From: a virus
Lineage: Duplodnaviria > Caudoviricetes
IMG/VR virus record: IMGVR_UViG_3300032233_001546
Span: 1-25,303 of that record
Strand: one strand, 5' to 3'
DNA length: 25,303 nucleotides
Below the pieces are notes generated by a model, which did no database searches, was not told the DNA's origin, and worked only from the letters and a program-made list of their open reading frames with translations. The position numbers were made by a program, and so were the translations under genes. Every line of letters begins with the position of its first letter. Position 1 is the first letter of the stretch. Of this stretch, positions 5,647 to 15,633 are shown piece after piece.

Positions 5647-8600
5647 CCTGAAGCGCGACGGCTCTTATGTCGTTGATCATTGGGATCCTGACGGCGTTAG
5701 AAGATAAGAGGACTATCTTTACCGCAAAGATCTTGTAGCTTGAGAACTTTGATGCAGCGGCGTTGACGTAAGTGAGTATGTCACTGTTGGTTGCATCGAG
5801 GTACGCGTCATTGGTGTAGGCCGCGGTCGCCGAAACTCCAAACTCATACTCATAGAAGTTCGTCCTATCCGTTGGACTGCTGTAGACGAGGTCGCTATCA
5901 TTGAGGTACGACAACACAGTCCAGTTCTTGCTATCGAAAGTTTCAGGGTCCGATGGGTTCCAGAACTTTGCGTAAACTTTGACGTCGGTGTCGACTGGGC
6001 GATAAGCCGTGATCATGACCTTTAAGTCTTCAGCTTCTTGGCCATCCGCCAACACGACTTTCTTAGATACGTACTTGGTGCTTGCGCTTCCGTACCTCGT
6101 GTACTCATTCGTCGCATCGTTGTTGACGATGTTCTTGACGAACAGCGATGACTTTCTTCCGAGACCAATCGCAGGCGAAGCGTATGAAGTCGAAGTGCCT
6201 AGAGCGATGCGGAACGAAGAAGACTTTGCTCCAGACATGCTTGTAACTTCGTTCGATTTACTAACCGCGTACCTAGATTTATCAAGGTACTCATACTCGA
6301 GTTCACCGACAACGCGTTGATACGAAGTGTCTTTAACGTAAGAACCATCCGTTGCCTTATAGTCGTAGAAGACATCCGTGAGGATTGGTTGAATCGTTGC
6401 GAACTTAGGAACCACTGCTTGGTACTGAAGGTTATCGACCGAACTAATAGTCGCGTTAGCGATTAAGTAAGTGTTCGTGATGTAAGTCGTGTTAGCCGGA
6501 TCCGGTGTTCTATAGACATTGATGTTGTTTGCCGCGTAGAACTTACCGTTTGTAGATCCATCGATGTAGATGACCCCGTTCGATTCATCGACATATTGAA
6601 CCCTACCAAATGCAGCGTTAGCCGCGGTGTTAGGTCCGCCGGTTGAGTTCGCGCTATACACTAAATCACCGACTTCGATTGCAAGAGCAGAATTTGCTCT
6701 GGTGAATCCGCCAGTGGTGATGTACTCATCGTCTTCGTTGTTGAAGTAAGCGTAGTAGGTACCAATCGAGAATGAAGCGCGATATATGTTGAACTTAATG
6801 TCTTCTTTCTGAATAGGTGTCCAAGCCGACATATTCGCGGAGACGAACATAATTCCAGAGTACGGATTGCTGAAGACGTTCTCGCCAGTGTTAACATCAA
6901 CTCCGCCGGTCTCAGCTGTCCAGATCAACCACTCAGGTGAATTACCATCTGGCTTAACAATAAATGCGTATTCTTTATCAGCCATGAGCATGATTGGTTG
7001 ATCAAGAGTCACTTGAGTTTCTACAGTGCCCGTCGTGCTCGTTGTTACATTAGCCGATAGGATGCGACCTTGACCAATTATCATTGAAGTATCTGGGAAT
7101 CCATTATTGGTTTCTGAAACGTATACGGTTACACCATTGTTCGCGTTGTTGTCTTTAGCATAGAAGTATACGCCAATTTTTGACATGTAGACGCCTGAAG
7201 AACCATCCTCAGGGCGGGTAATCTTAAACGTTTGAGCGATTGGATCATTTCCTTCACTAACGTCTCTTGTAGAGGTTGTAGTGGTAACTATCGTATTAGT
7301 TTGCGTGTTTGAACTAAAGGTCAACTTAGGTTGAGTGAGATTGAGTGTAGTGCTCTGCTTTGTAACGGACATATTAGAGCCGCTATAAGTTCCAGTGGCT
7401 GAAGTAATGATAGCGTCAGCACCTGTAACTAGGTCAGAAACGTTTACGATCCTTAATACTCGATCACCGGTTCTAAACAGGCCTTCTGGAATCTTGAACA
7501 AGCCGTAGAGTTTACCATCTGAACTTGACACCAGAGCCGTTCCATAGGCTGCAGTCTGTGCGACGATATCAGCTTCTTTGCCAGCTGGTGGATTCGCGCT
7601 AGGACTTAAAGCACCCGGTGCACAGTAAGCATCTACGTTCTTACCGTCAAAGAACACATGCATTGTTGTGTTCGGCTTAAGATTTGTAGCGATAAAAGCT
7701 ACCACCCTGCTTCTTAAGTATGGATTGATAGAGAAGTCAGATACGTAGTTTCCAAGTTCAACTTTTTCATTGACGGTGTCGACTTTAATCGTACTCACCG
7801 TTCTCTGCTGAGTGGTGGTCGTAATAGTTGTATCTGTTCTTTCTCTGCCATTTCGCGTTGATGACGAAGTATTTGATGAACCGGTTGTTCTCCAGTCACC
7901 GTAGTTTGTTCCAAATGGTGAATTGGCAAAGTCTTTCCACGGTGCACTGTTATCGATATTGACGTTGATGTTGTTTGCTTGCTTCTCGTCACGGAAAAAG
8001 TCGTAGGCTGGATACAAGTCGACTTTACCGTTCCACTGCCATACCGACTCGGTGCAGTTCCTATACTTCGTTGCATAGGGCTGGCGAATGTACTGGACGT
8101 GTGAGAATGGCACCGTGACCGTGCTACCGTTTATAACCGTGGTCGAGTTTGCAGTGTCGTACTTAAAGTCGACTGGATACGAATTAAAATAGGGACGAAG
8201 AACCGTTGCTTCCGGATCGATAGAAGCTTTGAACTCAATGTTGGTCACATCGGCGCTGTTGAATGAGTTGAATGGATCGGCAAATATACCATTCTTAAAC
8301 CTATTCAAAGTCGGGTTAGAGGCTGACGGTACGTTCATGTCTTTAGCTTGCTGCTCAAGAGCATTCAAGACGACATAGTATTCCAAGCGCTTGATACGCT
8401 CGTCGAATCTCGTGATATCCTTCATGGTGTAGCGCTTGGTCGTCTTGACCGAGATTCTCATTGAAAGATCTTTGCGACTATACGTCTCGGCTTCCTTGAC
8501 GGTTAGCGAGGGATACGGAGGAACAAAGACTTCCGCGATCGGCATGACGTCGTTCTCAATATACGGAACTTTAGGTATTGAAGCAGACTGACCACTCTTT

Positions 8601-11383
8601 ACTAGAACTTTGCCCGCAACGTCCATTGTAACGATGTCGTACCTTGGGAGGTAGTACTCAAAGTCGCCTGTGAAGGTTGAGTCGGGCTCGGCGATGTACT
8701 GGTTGGTCGAAGTAATGTTGAACGATGTGTTTGATACTACTGGGTTGATCGTTGCCGATCCTACTGTAGTCGTGACCGTAGCGGTGTTGTACTTGACCGG
8801 ACGGAAGTCGACCGAGTTTCTGAGGTCGATGTAACCCTTGTTTGATTGGAAAGTCGGAATCTGCGCAGTCGTGATGCCTGTCGTGTTAGCCGTGTTCGCG
8901 TCGTCGATGGGATACGAATCGACAGTGAAGAAGCCTACACCGGCCGAAGTGTTTGCTACGAAGTGATCGAGTTCAATGAGTAGTTTAGTCGAACCGGTGA
9001 TGTTTCCGGTATACTGAGGCTTGACCGAGATCTTAGCGTGATCGTAAAGGTCGTCGCGCTGACCGTTGTCGAGAGAGAACCACTGCTTGCGCTCAGGGTT
9101 AGTATTAGCGTAAGTAGTTCCAACATAGATGTTCTTGATGTTGTAGACATCAACGAGTCCAAGATCCCATGGACCGACTGAAGTAGCTGCGTTGTTCGAA
9201 CAGTCTATCTTTACCCAAGTGCCTTCTTTCGCGTCTTTCTTTGCCTGAACCGCGGTTGACTTGCTGACAGGATAGGAACCGTAGACAGTTAGTGAACTGT
9301 TGAGAGTCAAGCCTGTATTGATGTTGAATGAGATGCCGCCAGCGATCGCGTTGATCGACGTAATGTTGAAGTGGTGGCCTTCTGGATAGTAGTGCGCAAC
9401 GTTGTAGGTCGCGTAGGTCGCGGCTGGTATGCTGATCAAGTTCATGAACGTGTTGTTCGCGACTTGATTGACCTGATAGTAGACAGTTGTGGTTGCATTG
9501 GCGACCCTGATGAGCTCACCGTTCGCGATTGCCGTCGTGAACGTGGTAGAAGTACCCGTCACGTTCACGCTTCCTGAAGTGATAGACACCGAGCCGGCGA
9601 TGTTGGCGGAGTAAGCCGCGGCGCCAGCGACGATGTTGAATTGATTGAGAATCGTCGCTGAGGTGTAGTTGCCCACGGAGATTCCAAGACGCTCAGTTCC
9701 ACCGGCCGCTGCCGTGTCAAGGTTAAAGATCGCCGAACCGTTCGACGCCATCGTTGTCGAACTGATCTGGCGGAAGTTGAAGGTCGTGTCCGAAGAAGCC
9801 GCTCCGTTCACTACGAGAGTCTTTACCGCGCCGAAGCCGGTTGGGAACACTGCAGCCGCCAGCGTCGAATCCTTGAGAATAGCGACGCTACTTTCCAGTA
9901 CCGCGTCAGCCTTTGCGTATCCAACACCGGTCGACTGATAGAAGCTCTTGACGTCGTTTGCAAAAGTCTTTCCAGAATTCATGCGAATGTTAAAGATGTA
10001 CAAAGCGTACTGAGCGGTGTAGAGGCCCTTCGTTCCACTATAGAACTGCATGCCGCGAACGTTGGCGTAACCAACGATCGATCCAGACGGTGCCGAGCTC
10101 GCGTTCTCACGATCAGATAGAGAGTTCTGAGCGGTATCGTACAGGGTGACTTCGGCAAGAGTCTCATTGTTGAATACACCCTCGACTTCATCCACCACGA
10201 CGTAGTTGCCCATGTTGCAGGTGATACCGATGTTGTTCTCGATATTCGTGTTCACCGCACGAGGAGCGTTGACATAAACGTCAGAGACTTTTTCGACTTC
10301 ATAACCCTTGACGTAAGCAAGACCGGGTGAAAGCTTGTAGTAGAAAGCGGAAGTGTTCGCCGCGTCGGCTTCAGAGTCGAGGAAGAACGGACGAACTACG
10401 TAGTCGCCCGACTCATTGTAAGTCCTCTTGGCCATCGACGCCATGAGCTGTGCGGTAGGATCGAGACCCGCTTTCTGTGTGATTGTATTTGAGTTCTCAA
10501 ACTCAGCGATCGCAAAGAAGTTGTTTGATGCTTCGGACCGAAGCTTGCTTACTAGCGTCGGTGTAAGTTTTAAGCGATGAGCACCTGGCGCGTTGTAGTT
10601 CGGTGAACCAATCGCGTTGTCGTAGAGGCTTGAGTCTTGGTTCTCGGTAACGATCGACTCAGTTGTTTCAAAGCCAACGACGTAGTTGTTTACGTTCTGG
10701 TCGTAGTTCCTTACGACGATCGTCTGTGTGTTGACGGTCGAGAAGAAACCCTTTTGATAGATGACGCCGTCTGAAACGGTCAAACCGTATCCGTAACCTG
10801 TTGCATTGACAGTCGCGTTCGATGTAAGAACCGTGATGGTGTCAAGAAGCTTACCTGCGTCAAGTGCAGCAGACTTACTCTGAGTCGTGTTGTAGACGTA
10901 GAGGGTGTCGCCTGACTGGAATTCATTGACGTCGTTGTTTGAGCCGTCTTTACCCGTCTGAACGTAGGTAAGATACCAGCGATTCGTGTCTGGATAGTTG
11001 GCCTTGTAACCGCGGGCAGAGTAAGCGATGTAAGCTTTGACCGCGATCGTACCGTTCGAGCTGTTGGTGATAAGGTAGTCGTCGTTGTAGACCGTGACGG
11101 ACTGCGATGTATTCGTGGTGAACGTATCGTTCAACCTAACGAACGGAAGCTTCGACCTATAGGTGATGTGGACGCCGTCTACGATCGAGCCGTCTTTAAA
11201 GCTGTAGTCACCGAGCCTTGAGATCTGGTTCTGAAGGATCGACTGGATCTGGTTGAGCTCTCTCGCCTGCACCGCGGTAGATGGTCTAAACAGGATCTTG
11301 TAGTACCTGTTAGACTCACTGAAATCATCGAGGTAAGTCGTGCTGATTACGGTGGAGATGTTGTTACTGAGCTGCGTAGGCAT
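5642..11383 (-). CDS. Large virion structural protein, VrlC-like (DUF4815-type)
   Basis: N-terminal YLDDF...YYKILFRP..AVQARELNQIQSILQNQI; NYNAPGAHRLK; RTYNESGDYVV; RYTMKDI...RIKRLEYY..LN.LE; RFKNGIFADPF; DPIAQTF; C-terminal P.I.DIRAVAL. It follows gp8. Confidence 0.85.
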   Translation of the reverse strand: MPTQLSNNISTVISTTYLDDFSESNRYYKILFRPSTAVQARELNQIQSILQNQISRLGDYSFKDGSIVDGVHITYRSKLPFVRLNDTFTTNTSQSVTVYNDDYLITNSSNGTIAVKAYIAYSARGYKANYPDTNRWYLTYVQTGKDGSNNDVNEFQSGDTLYVYNTTQSKSAALDAGKLLDTITVLTSNATVNATGYGYGLTVSDGVIYQKGFFSTVNTQTIVVRNYDQNVNNYVVGFETTESIVTENQDSSLYDNAIGSPNYNAPGAHRLKLTPTLVSKLRSEASNNFFAIAEFENSNTITQKAGLDPTAQLMASMAKRTYNESGDYVVRPFFLDSEADAANTSAFYYKLSPGLAYVKGYEVEKVSDVYVNAPRAVNTNIENNIGITCNMGNYVVVDEVEGVFNNETLAEVTLYDTAQNSLSDRENASSAPSGSIVGYANVRGMQFYSGTKGLYTAQYALYIFNIRMNSGKTFANDVKSFYQSTGVGYAKADAVLESSVAILKDSTLAAAVFPTGFGAVKTLVVNGAASSDTTFNFRQISSTTMASNGSAIFNLDTAAAGGTERLGISVGNYTSATILNQFNIVAGAAAYSANIAGSVSITSGSVNVTGTSTTFTTAIANGELIRVANATTTVYYQVNQVANNTFMNLISIPAATYATYNVAHYYPEGHHFNITSINAIAGGISFNINTGLTLNSSLTVYGSYPVSKSTAVQAKKDAKEGTWVKIDCSNNAATSVGPWDLGLVDVYNIKNIYVGTTYANTNPERKQWFSLDNGQRDDLYDHAKISVKPQYTGNITGSTKLLIELDHFVANTSAGVGFFTVDSYPIDDANTANTTGITTAQIPTFQSNKGYIDLRNSVDFRPVKYNTATVTTTVGSATINPVVSNTSFNITSTNQYIAEPDSTFTGDFEYYLPRYDIVTMDVAGKVLVKSGQSASIPKVPYIENDVMPIAEVFVPPYPSLTVKEAETYSRKDLSMRISVKTTKRYTMKDITRFDERIKRLEYYVVLNALEQQAKDMNVPSASNPTLNRFKNGIFADPFNSFNSADVTNIEFKASIDPEATVLRPYFNSYPVDFKYDTANSTTVINGSTVTVPFSHVQYIRQPYATKYRNCTESVWQWNGKVDLYPAYDFFRDEKQANNINVNIDNSAPWKDFANSPFGTNYGDWRTTGSSNTSSSTRNGRERTDTTITTTTQQRTVSTIKVDTVNEKVELGNYVSDFSINPYLRSRVVAFIATNLKPNTTMHVFFDGKNVDAYCAPGALSPSANPPAGKEADIVAQTAAYGTALVSSSDGKLYGLFKIPEGLFRTGDRVLRIVNVSDLVTGADAIITSATGTYSGSNMSVTKQSTTLNLTQPKLTFSSNTQTNTIVTTTTSTRDVSEGNDPIAQTFKITRPEDGSSGVYMSKIGVYFYAKDNNANNGVTVYVSETNNGFPDTSMIIGQGRILSANVTTSTTGTVETQVTLDQPIMLMADKEYAFIVKPDGNSPEWLIWTAETGGVDVNTGENVFSNPYSGIMFVSANMSAWTPIQKEDIKFNIYRASFSIGTYYAYFNNEDDEYITTGGFTRANSALAIEVGDLVYSANSTGGPNTAANAAFGRVQYVDESNGVIYIDGSTNGKFYAANNINVYRTPDPANTTYITNTYLIANATISSVDNLQYQAVVPKFATIQPILTDVFYDYKATDGSYVKDTSYQRVVGELEYEYLDKSRYAVSKSNEVTSMSGAKSSSFRIALGTSTSYASPAIGLGRKSSLFVKNIVNNDATNEYTRYGSASTKYVSKKVVLADGQEAEDLKVMITAYRPVDTDVKVYAKFWNPSDPETFDSKNWTVLSYLNDSDLVYSSPTDRTNFYEYEFGVSATAAYTNDAYLDATNSDILTYVNAAASKFSSYKIFAVKIVLLSSNAVRIPMINDIRAVALQV

Positions 11384-11391
11384 GGCGGTCC

Positions 11392-13191
11392 TTAGAGTGT
11401 AATTATCAAATAACCCTGCTCATTCTCTGTGTTTGAGCGTTGGATGTACTCAACGTTGTCAATGTGCAAGACTCTGAATGAGAATGGTTCTATGTCTGGA
11501 TTATTTATACCGTTCGTGCTGATAGTCGCCGATACACCCGATGTTTCTCCAACAATAGTTTCACCGAACGTGCTGTTTGATATGAAGTTATCGTTGACCA
11601 TCACGACTTTCGCGACGGTGGCGTTGGCAAATCCCACGCGCGCAGTTGCACCTGAAGTCGTTCCGGTAATGATCTCACTGTTCGTGAATGTGTTCAATCC
11701 GGTCGTGATCGTCAGAGTCGTTAGCGCATTGAAAGTATTCGTAGAGAACGTGTTCGTGGTGTAGAGCCTGTGTCCGGTCTCAGACGATCCAGCCGTAAGA
11801 TTTATGGCGGTTCCATCGAGATTAGACGAGAGCTTCACCTTGGTCGTGTTGGCCAGAGCGATGTAGTAGTACTCATTGTTGGCAAGACCACCGATCGCGT
11901 TGTTTCCAGTATTAGTCGTGTATAAGACTCTGTCACCGTAGTTGAAGTAGGTGTTCGCGTTTGTGATGGCGATCGTGTCGTCTGTGTTTGAGACGGCTGT
12001 CAACGCGTTAAAGGCTACGTTCCCAAGGGCCGGTTTCGTGTATTTCTTAGGAGCTTTAATGAGTCCGCCCTGACGAACTGTGACTTCCGTGGATATGGAT
12101 CCACTCTCACTGTTGTTAAAGAACACCGAGAAGCCGGCAAGCTTTGAACCCAACTCAGCGTGTGCGTCGTAGCCGTGACCACCAAAAGGAGGGATGATCG
12201 CCCTCGCGGTTGCATTTGATCCATAGGACGGATTCGCTATGACTTGAACGTTGGCGTATGAGTAGTTGTTTCCTGGACTGATGACATCGATACCTATCAA
12301 AGCATCTGTCGACGTGTTGACGGTACAGATGGCTTTAGCGCCCGTGCCGTCGCCGGTGATCCGGATCTGTGGTGCTATGCGAAACTCAGAGGTTGCATCG
12401 AGAGCTGGGCTGTTGAGAGCGTCTTCAGTGTATACGTAGTAGCCTGAACCATTCACGACGTAGTTCGAGATGTTTGTGAGCTGGCCTTCGCCTGTCCCAT
12501 TGAATATGTAGAAAGCCGATGAGTTGTAGTAGAAACTGTCGACTGAAAGCGCCGAAGTCGACGTCAACCTGAACAAAGTGTTTGAAACTACCTGTGCAAC
12601 CGAACCGCTTATATATCCAGTGTATCCTACGCCGGGATTAGTTAACACCACTACGTCGATCGCGCCATTTACTGCTGCGCTGCTTATAGTCGTGTTTGGT
12701 TCGATCGGTATGTAAGATCCGGTAGAAAATTTTGAGTTGTTCGATGAGCTGATAGTATACATGTACTTCCAGATGTAGCCGTCGGCCGTCTGAAATATAT
12801 TGTTCTGCACCAAAGTTGGTTCGGAGGTTGAAGCCGTGTTTCCGTTGTTGAACAGACACTTATATACTACTTCCGAGGAGTTGATCACATAGAATCGTTT
12901 ATTGAAAAGCTCTGTGTCGGTGTCGTCGTATTGAGTGTAAGTGTTTCCGTTTCCCCAGAAGTATCTAGGGATGAGGTTGGTAACGTCTTCGCTTTTGATT
13001 CTCTTTCCTGCAACTAAGTGTCTCGAGAAATCATTGATGGAGTCGGTCGTGTCGTAGGCCGTATCTGGATTGTTTTCGTCGGCCCAAGGCGTGTACCTAC
13101 CGATGGCGAAGTAATAGACGTCGTTGGCTATTTCGCGCTTGAGTGACTCGACGATAGTTTCGCTGAAGAACTTTGTAGTTATGTTAGACAT
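11392..13191 (-). CDS. gp8: Baseplate wedge subunit, T4 gp8-like (extended)
   Basis: YYFAIGRYTPW.DE..P; IPRYFW; FYVINS...VYKCLFN; TADGYIWKYMYTI; IIPPFGGHG; C-terminal IDN...I.RS....E. Confidence 0.85.
   Translation of the reverse strand: MSNITTKFFSETIVESLKREIANDVYYFAIGRYTPWADENNPDTAYDTTDSINDFSRHLVAGKRIKSEDVTNLIPRYFWGNGNTYTQYDDTDTELFNKRFYVINSSEVVYKCLFNNGNTASTSEPTLVQNNIFQTADGYIWKYMYTISSSNNSKFSTGSYIPIEPNTTISSAAVNGAIDVVVLTNPGVGYTGYISGSVAQVVSNTLFRLTSTSALSVDSFYYNSSAFYIFNGTGEGQLTNISNYVVNGSGYYVYTEDALNSPALDATSEFRIAPQIRITGDGTGAKAICTVNTSTDALIGIDVISPGNNYSYANVQVIANPSYGSNATARAIIPPFGGHGYDAHAELGSKLAGFSVFFNNSESGSISTEVTVRQGGLIKAPKKYTKPALGNVAFNALTAVSNTDDTIAITNANTYFNYGDRVLYTTNTGNNAIGGLANNEYYYIALANTTKVKLSSNLDGTAINLTAGSSETGHRLYTTNTFSTNTFNALTTLTITTGLNTFTNSEIITGTTSGATARVGFANATVAKVVMVNDNFISNSTFGETIVGETSGVSATISTNGINNPDIEPFSFRVLHIDNVEYIQRSNTENEQGYLIITL
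11502..11509 (-). promoter_or_regulatory. Candidate T4-type late promoter TATAAATA upstream of the VrlC-like gene
   Basis: Exact TATAAATA in the 3' end of gp8, about 120 nt before the ATG at 11383. Confidence 0.4.
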
Positions 13192-15632
13192 TATGGATAC
13201 GCCTGCGTTCCGTTAGCGTAGTAGACTGTGATACCGCCGGCGCCCCAGTACATGCTAGATCCATTCGATACCAAGACTTGACCAGCCGTGCCGAATCCAT
13301 TGTTGGCTATAAGCTGTGATCCGTTGGCGAACCTCATGTTACCCGTGACGGTGACGTTCGCGCCAGAAAGAACCAAGTTACCTGATAGAGTCCTTGAATC
13401 GGTGTTTGTTACGTAGAAAGCTGCGTTCGTGCCACCGAGTGAAAGTGCGTCGTTAGCCGAGAAGGTTCCCCAGTACATCGAAGTACCATTGGAGATGAGA
13501 ACCTGTGTGTTCGTACCAAAGCCTCCGTTGGCTATGAGAACGTTTCCGTTGCTGAACACCACGTTTGCAGCGTAAGTATGTACTCCTGAAAATGTATACG
13601 CCCCAGCATTCTGTACGTAATTCGCTGCAGCGGTTCCACCTAAGTATGAAGCGTTGTTTGCAGTGTAAGAGAGACCCGTATATACTGAAGAGTTGACCGT
13701 CTGTCCGGATAAAGTAATCTGTCCTGGAGTGATGTTTGTGTTTACCGTCGAGTTTCCGGAAATTAAGTTGTTCGCATAGATGTTAGCTGATACTGTAGCG
13801 GTACCAGTTATTGAAGCGTTTCCAGTTATCGAAGCGTTACCAGTGACTGACAGAGTATTACTCAGTGTCAGACCACCGCTGCTTATGTTTGCATATACGG
13901 AAGCGTTTCCTACGAAAATCGAAGTAGTGTTGGCATAAAATTTCTGCGTATAAGTATTGAGAAGATCGCCCGTGTATCCATTTGAAACTAGATACATGGA
14001 TGAGCGATCTAAATAAACAGAATCTCTACGATCTGTATTATAAAGTTTCGTATTATTGAAATAATCTTGTTGTATAGACACACTGAATACGTTAGTGGCT
14101 TCACTGGCGTAATTATCATTTATAGTGATTCCGGTTGAATAAGCACCGTACTTTGAAGTGTTACCTACTCTTAAATTACTTACATCAAGTACAATGTTTG
14201 CACCTACAGCTACGGCCGATGTATTGATAGTTGCATTGCTTGCTGAACCAGAAACAGCAAGCCGACCCTCGGTCGCTACTGTGTTGACTGTAGAGTTTCC
14301 TACGAACACAGTGCTGGTGTTGACCACCATCTTAGTGCCTACGAACAGACCGCTGCTGTAGTAGACGTTGGCTCCGGAGAAAGCTAAGTTGCCGGAAAGA
14401 GTCCTAGAATCTGTGTTCTGAACATAGATCGCGGCTGCTACGTTCGCGAGGTACGAGGCGTTGTTCGCTGTGCCTGTGAACGAGGTTGAATTGATGAGAG
14501 CGGAGTTCGTGCTGTTCGATGAGAGAGTTATTTCACCGGCGATCACGTTTGCGTATACGGTTGAGTTCCCGACCGCATGTGAAGTGGTGTTGACGACTAC
14601 GTTTGCACCGATCGCCAGAGCTATGGTGTTGATTGTCACGCTGGTCGTCATAAACGCGTTCGCGTTGACTGTACCGGTCGAGAAGACGCCCGTGCTGTTG
14701 GCCACGAACTGAGTATTGACTCGGTATGAAACGGCGTTGACGACCGTTGAGTTCGCCGTGAAGACGGTGTTTATATTGAAAGAAGATGAGTTGACTACAA
14801 CGTTTACTGTGTTGTTTCCAACTGTCAAAGAAGTCGCGCCGGCTTTGGTGTTACCAATGTTGACGTTGGCACCTGAGTCGATCCTCATCGCCTCGTTGTT
14901 GGCGAGCGTACCGTTCGCAAAGAATTGAAGCTGGTAGTTCTCAGCGGTACCAATCGCCAAGTCCCCGCCGCCTGAGTAGAGGTACGAGTCTGAAGGTCCG
15001 TTGATCGTCCACTCAGTGTTTGACCAGTTCGAGCTGTTGATGCCCATGTTAACGTAGCTGGTACTGTTGATTCCTTGATTATCTGCAACAACGTAGTCAC
15101 CCGAAGCGCTAGTTCCATTGTTAGCGTTCTGTGTAATGACTTGAAAGTAGTTGTTGACGTTTCCTATGAACTGACCACCGGAGAGAGAAGAACTATTGAA
15201 TCCAAAGACTGCGTTGACGGTCGAGTTGCCGATGCTCAGCAGGTGAGTCAGCGTCATGCTGTTCGATGAATTATCGTACTGGAATATGACGTTCGCGCCG
15301 TCGATCGTAAAGCCGCCGGTGTTTGCCTGCGACCCGTTCGCTGAGCCTTTAGCTAAAACGATGTTCTTGTCTTTAATGTCAAGGATTGTAGTGTTGACGT
15401 ATGTGGTCGTGCCTGAGATCGTTAAGTTTCCAGTGAATACACCATCGACGAACTGAACGCTGTCACTAGTCCTAACGTTCTGGTTCATCCTGTATGGAAG
15501 CCTAGGCTCAGCGAGCGTACCGGCGTTCGCCGTAGACACGTTCGCCGCATCGATCGCAGTCTGTGAGAACTTAGCGTTTAAGTCCGTTGCGGTGAGGATC
15601 TGACCCGCGGTAAATGTATAAGTCGATGGCAT
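13191..15632 (-). CDS. Tail-fibre-like virion protein (Asn/Ser/Thr-rich, internally repetitive)
   Basis: GNLTISGTTTYVNTT.LDIKDKNI fibre motif; duplicated YV.NTDSRTLSGNL..SGANV, ANNASYL and LIAN.GFGT..QVL.SNG.SMYWG; multiple VGNSTV units. Confidence 0.75.
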   Translation of the reverse strand: MPSTYTFTAGQILTATDLNAKFSQTAIDAANVSTANAGTLAEPRLPYRMNQNVRTSDSVQFVDGVFTGNLTISGTTTYVNTTILDIKDKNIVLAKGSANGSQANTGGFTIDGANVIFQYDNSSNSMTLTHLLSIGNSTVNAVFGFNSSSLSGGQFIGNVNNYFQVITQNANNGTSASGDYVVADNQGINSTSYVNMGINSSNWSNTEWTINGPSDSYLYSGGGDLAIGTAENYQLQFFANGTLANNEAMRIDSGANVNIGNTKAGATSLTVGNNTVNVVVNSSSFNINTVFTANSTVVNAVSYRVNTQFVANSTGVFSTGTVNANAFMTTSVTINTIALAIGANVVVNTTSHAVGNSTVYANVIAGEITLSSNSTNSALINSTSFTGTANNASYLANVAAAIYVQNTDSRTLSGNLAFSGANVYYSSGLFVGTKMVVNTSTVFVGNSTVNTVATEGRLAVSGSASNATINTSAVAVGANIVLDVSNLRVGNTSKYGAYSTGITINDNYASEATNVFSVSIQQDYFNNTKLYNTDRRDSVYLDRSSMYLVSNGYTGDLLNTYTQKFYANTTSIFVGNASVYANISSGGLTLSNTLSVTGNASITGNASITGTATVSANIYANNLISGNSTVNTNITPGQITLSGQTVNSSVYTGLSYTANNASYLGGTAAANYVQNAGAYTFSGVHTYAANVVFSNGNVLIANGGFGTNTQVLISNGTSMYWGTFSANDALSLGGTNAAFYVTNTDSRTLSGNLVLSGANVTVTGNMRFANGSQLIANNGFGTAGQVLVSNGSSMYWGAGGITVYYANGTQAYP

Positions 15633-15633
15633 A

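Noticed and set aside
5432-10512. GCGATCGC (cyanobacterial HIP1) occurrences and frequent GTCGAC/CGATCG palindromes
   Set aside because: I noticed only about three full HIP1 sites; the shorter palindromes are explicable by use of GTC, GAC, ATC and TCG codons. This is insufficient to infer a host.
13804-13844. Imperfect 18-nt tandem duplication encoding GNASIT GNASIT
   Set aside because: An ordinary fibre beta-repeat duplication of two units; not a separate element.
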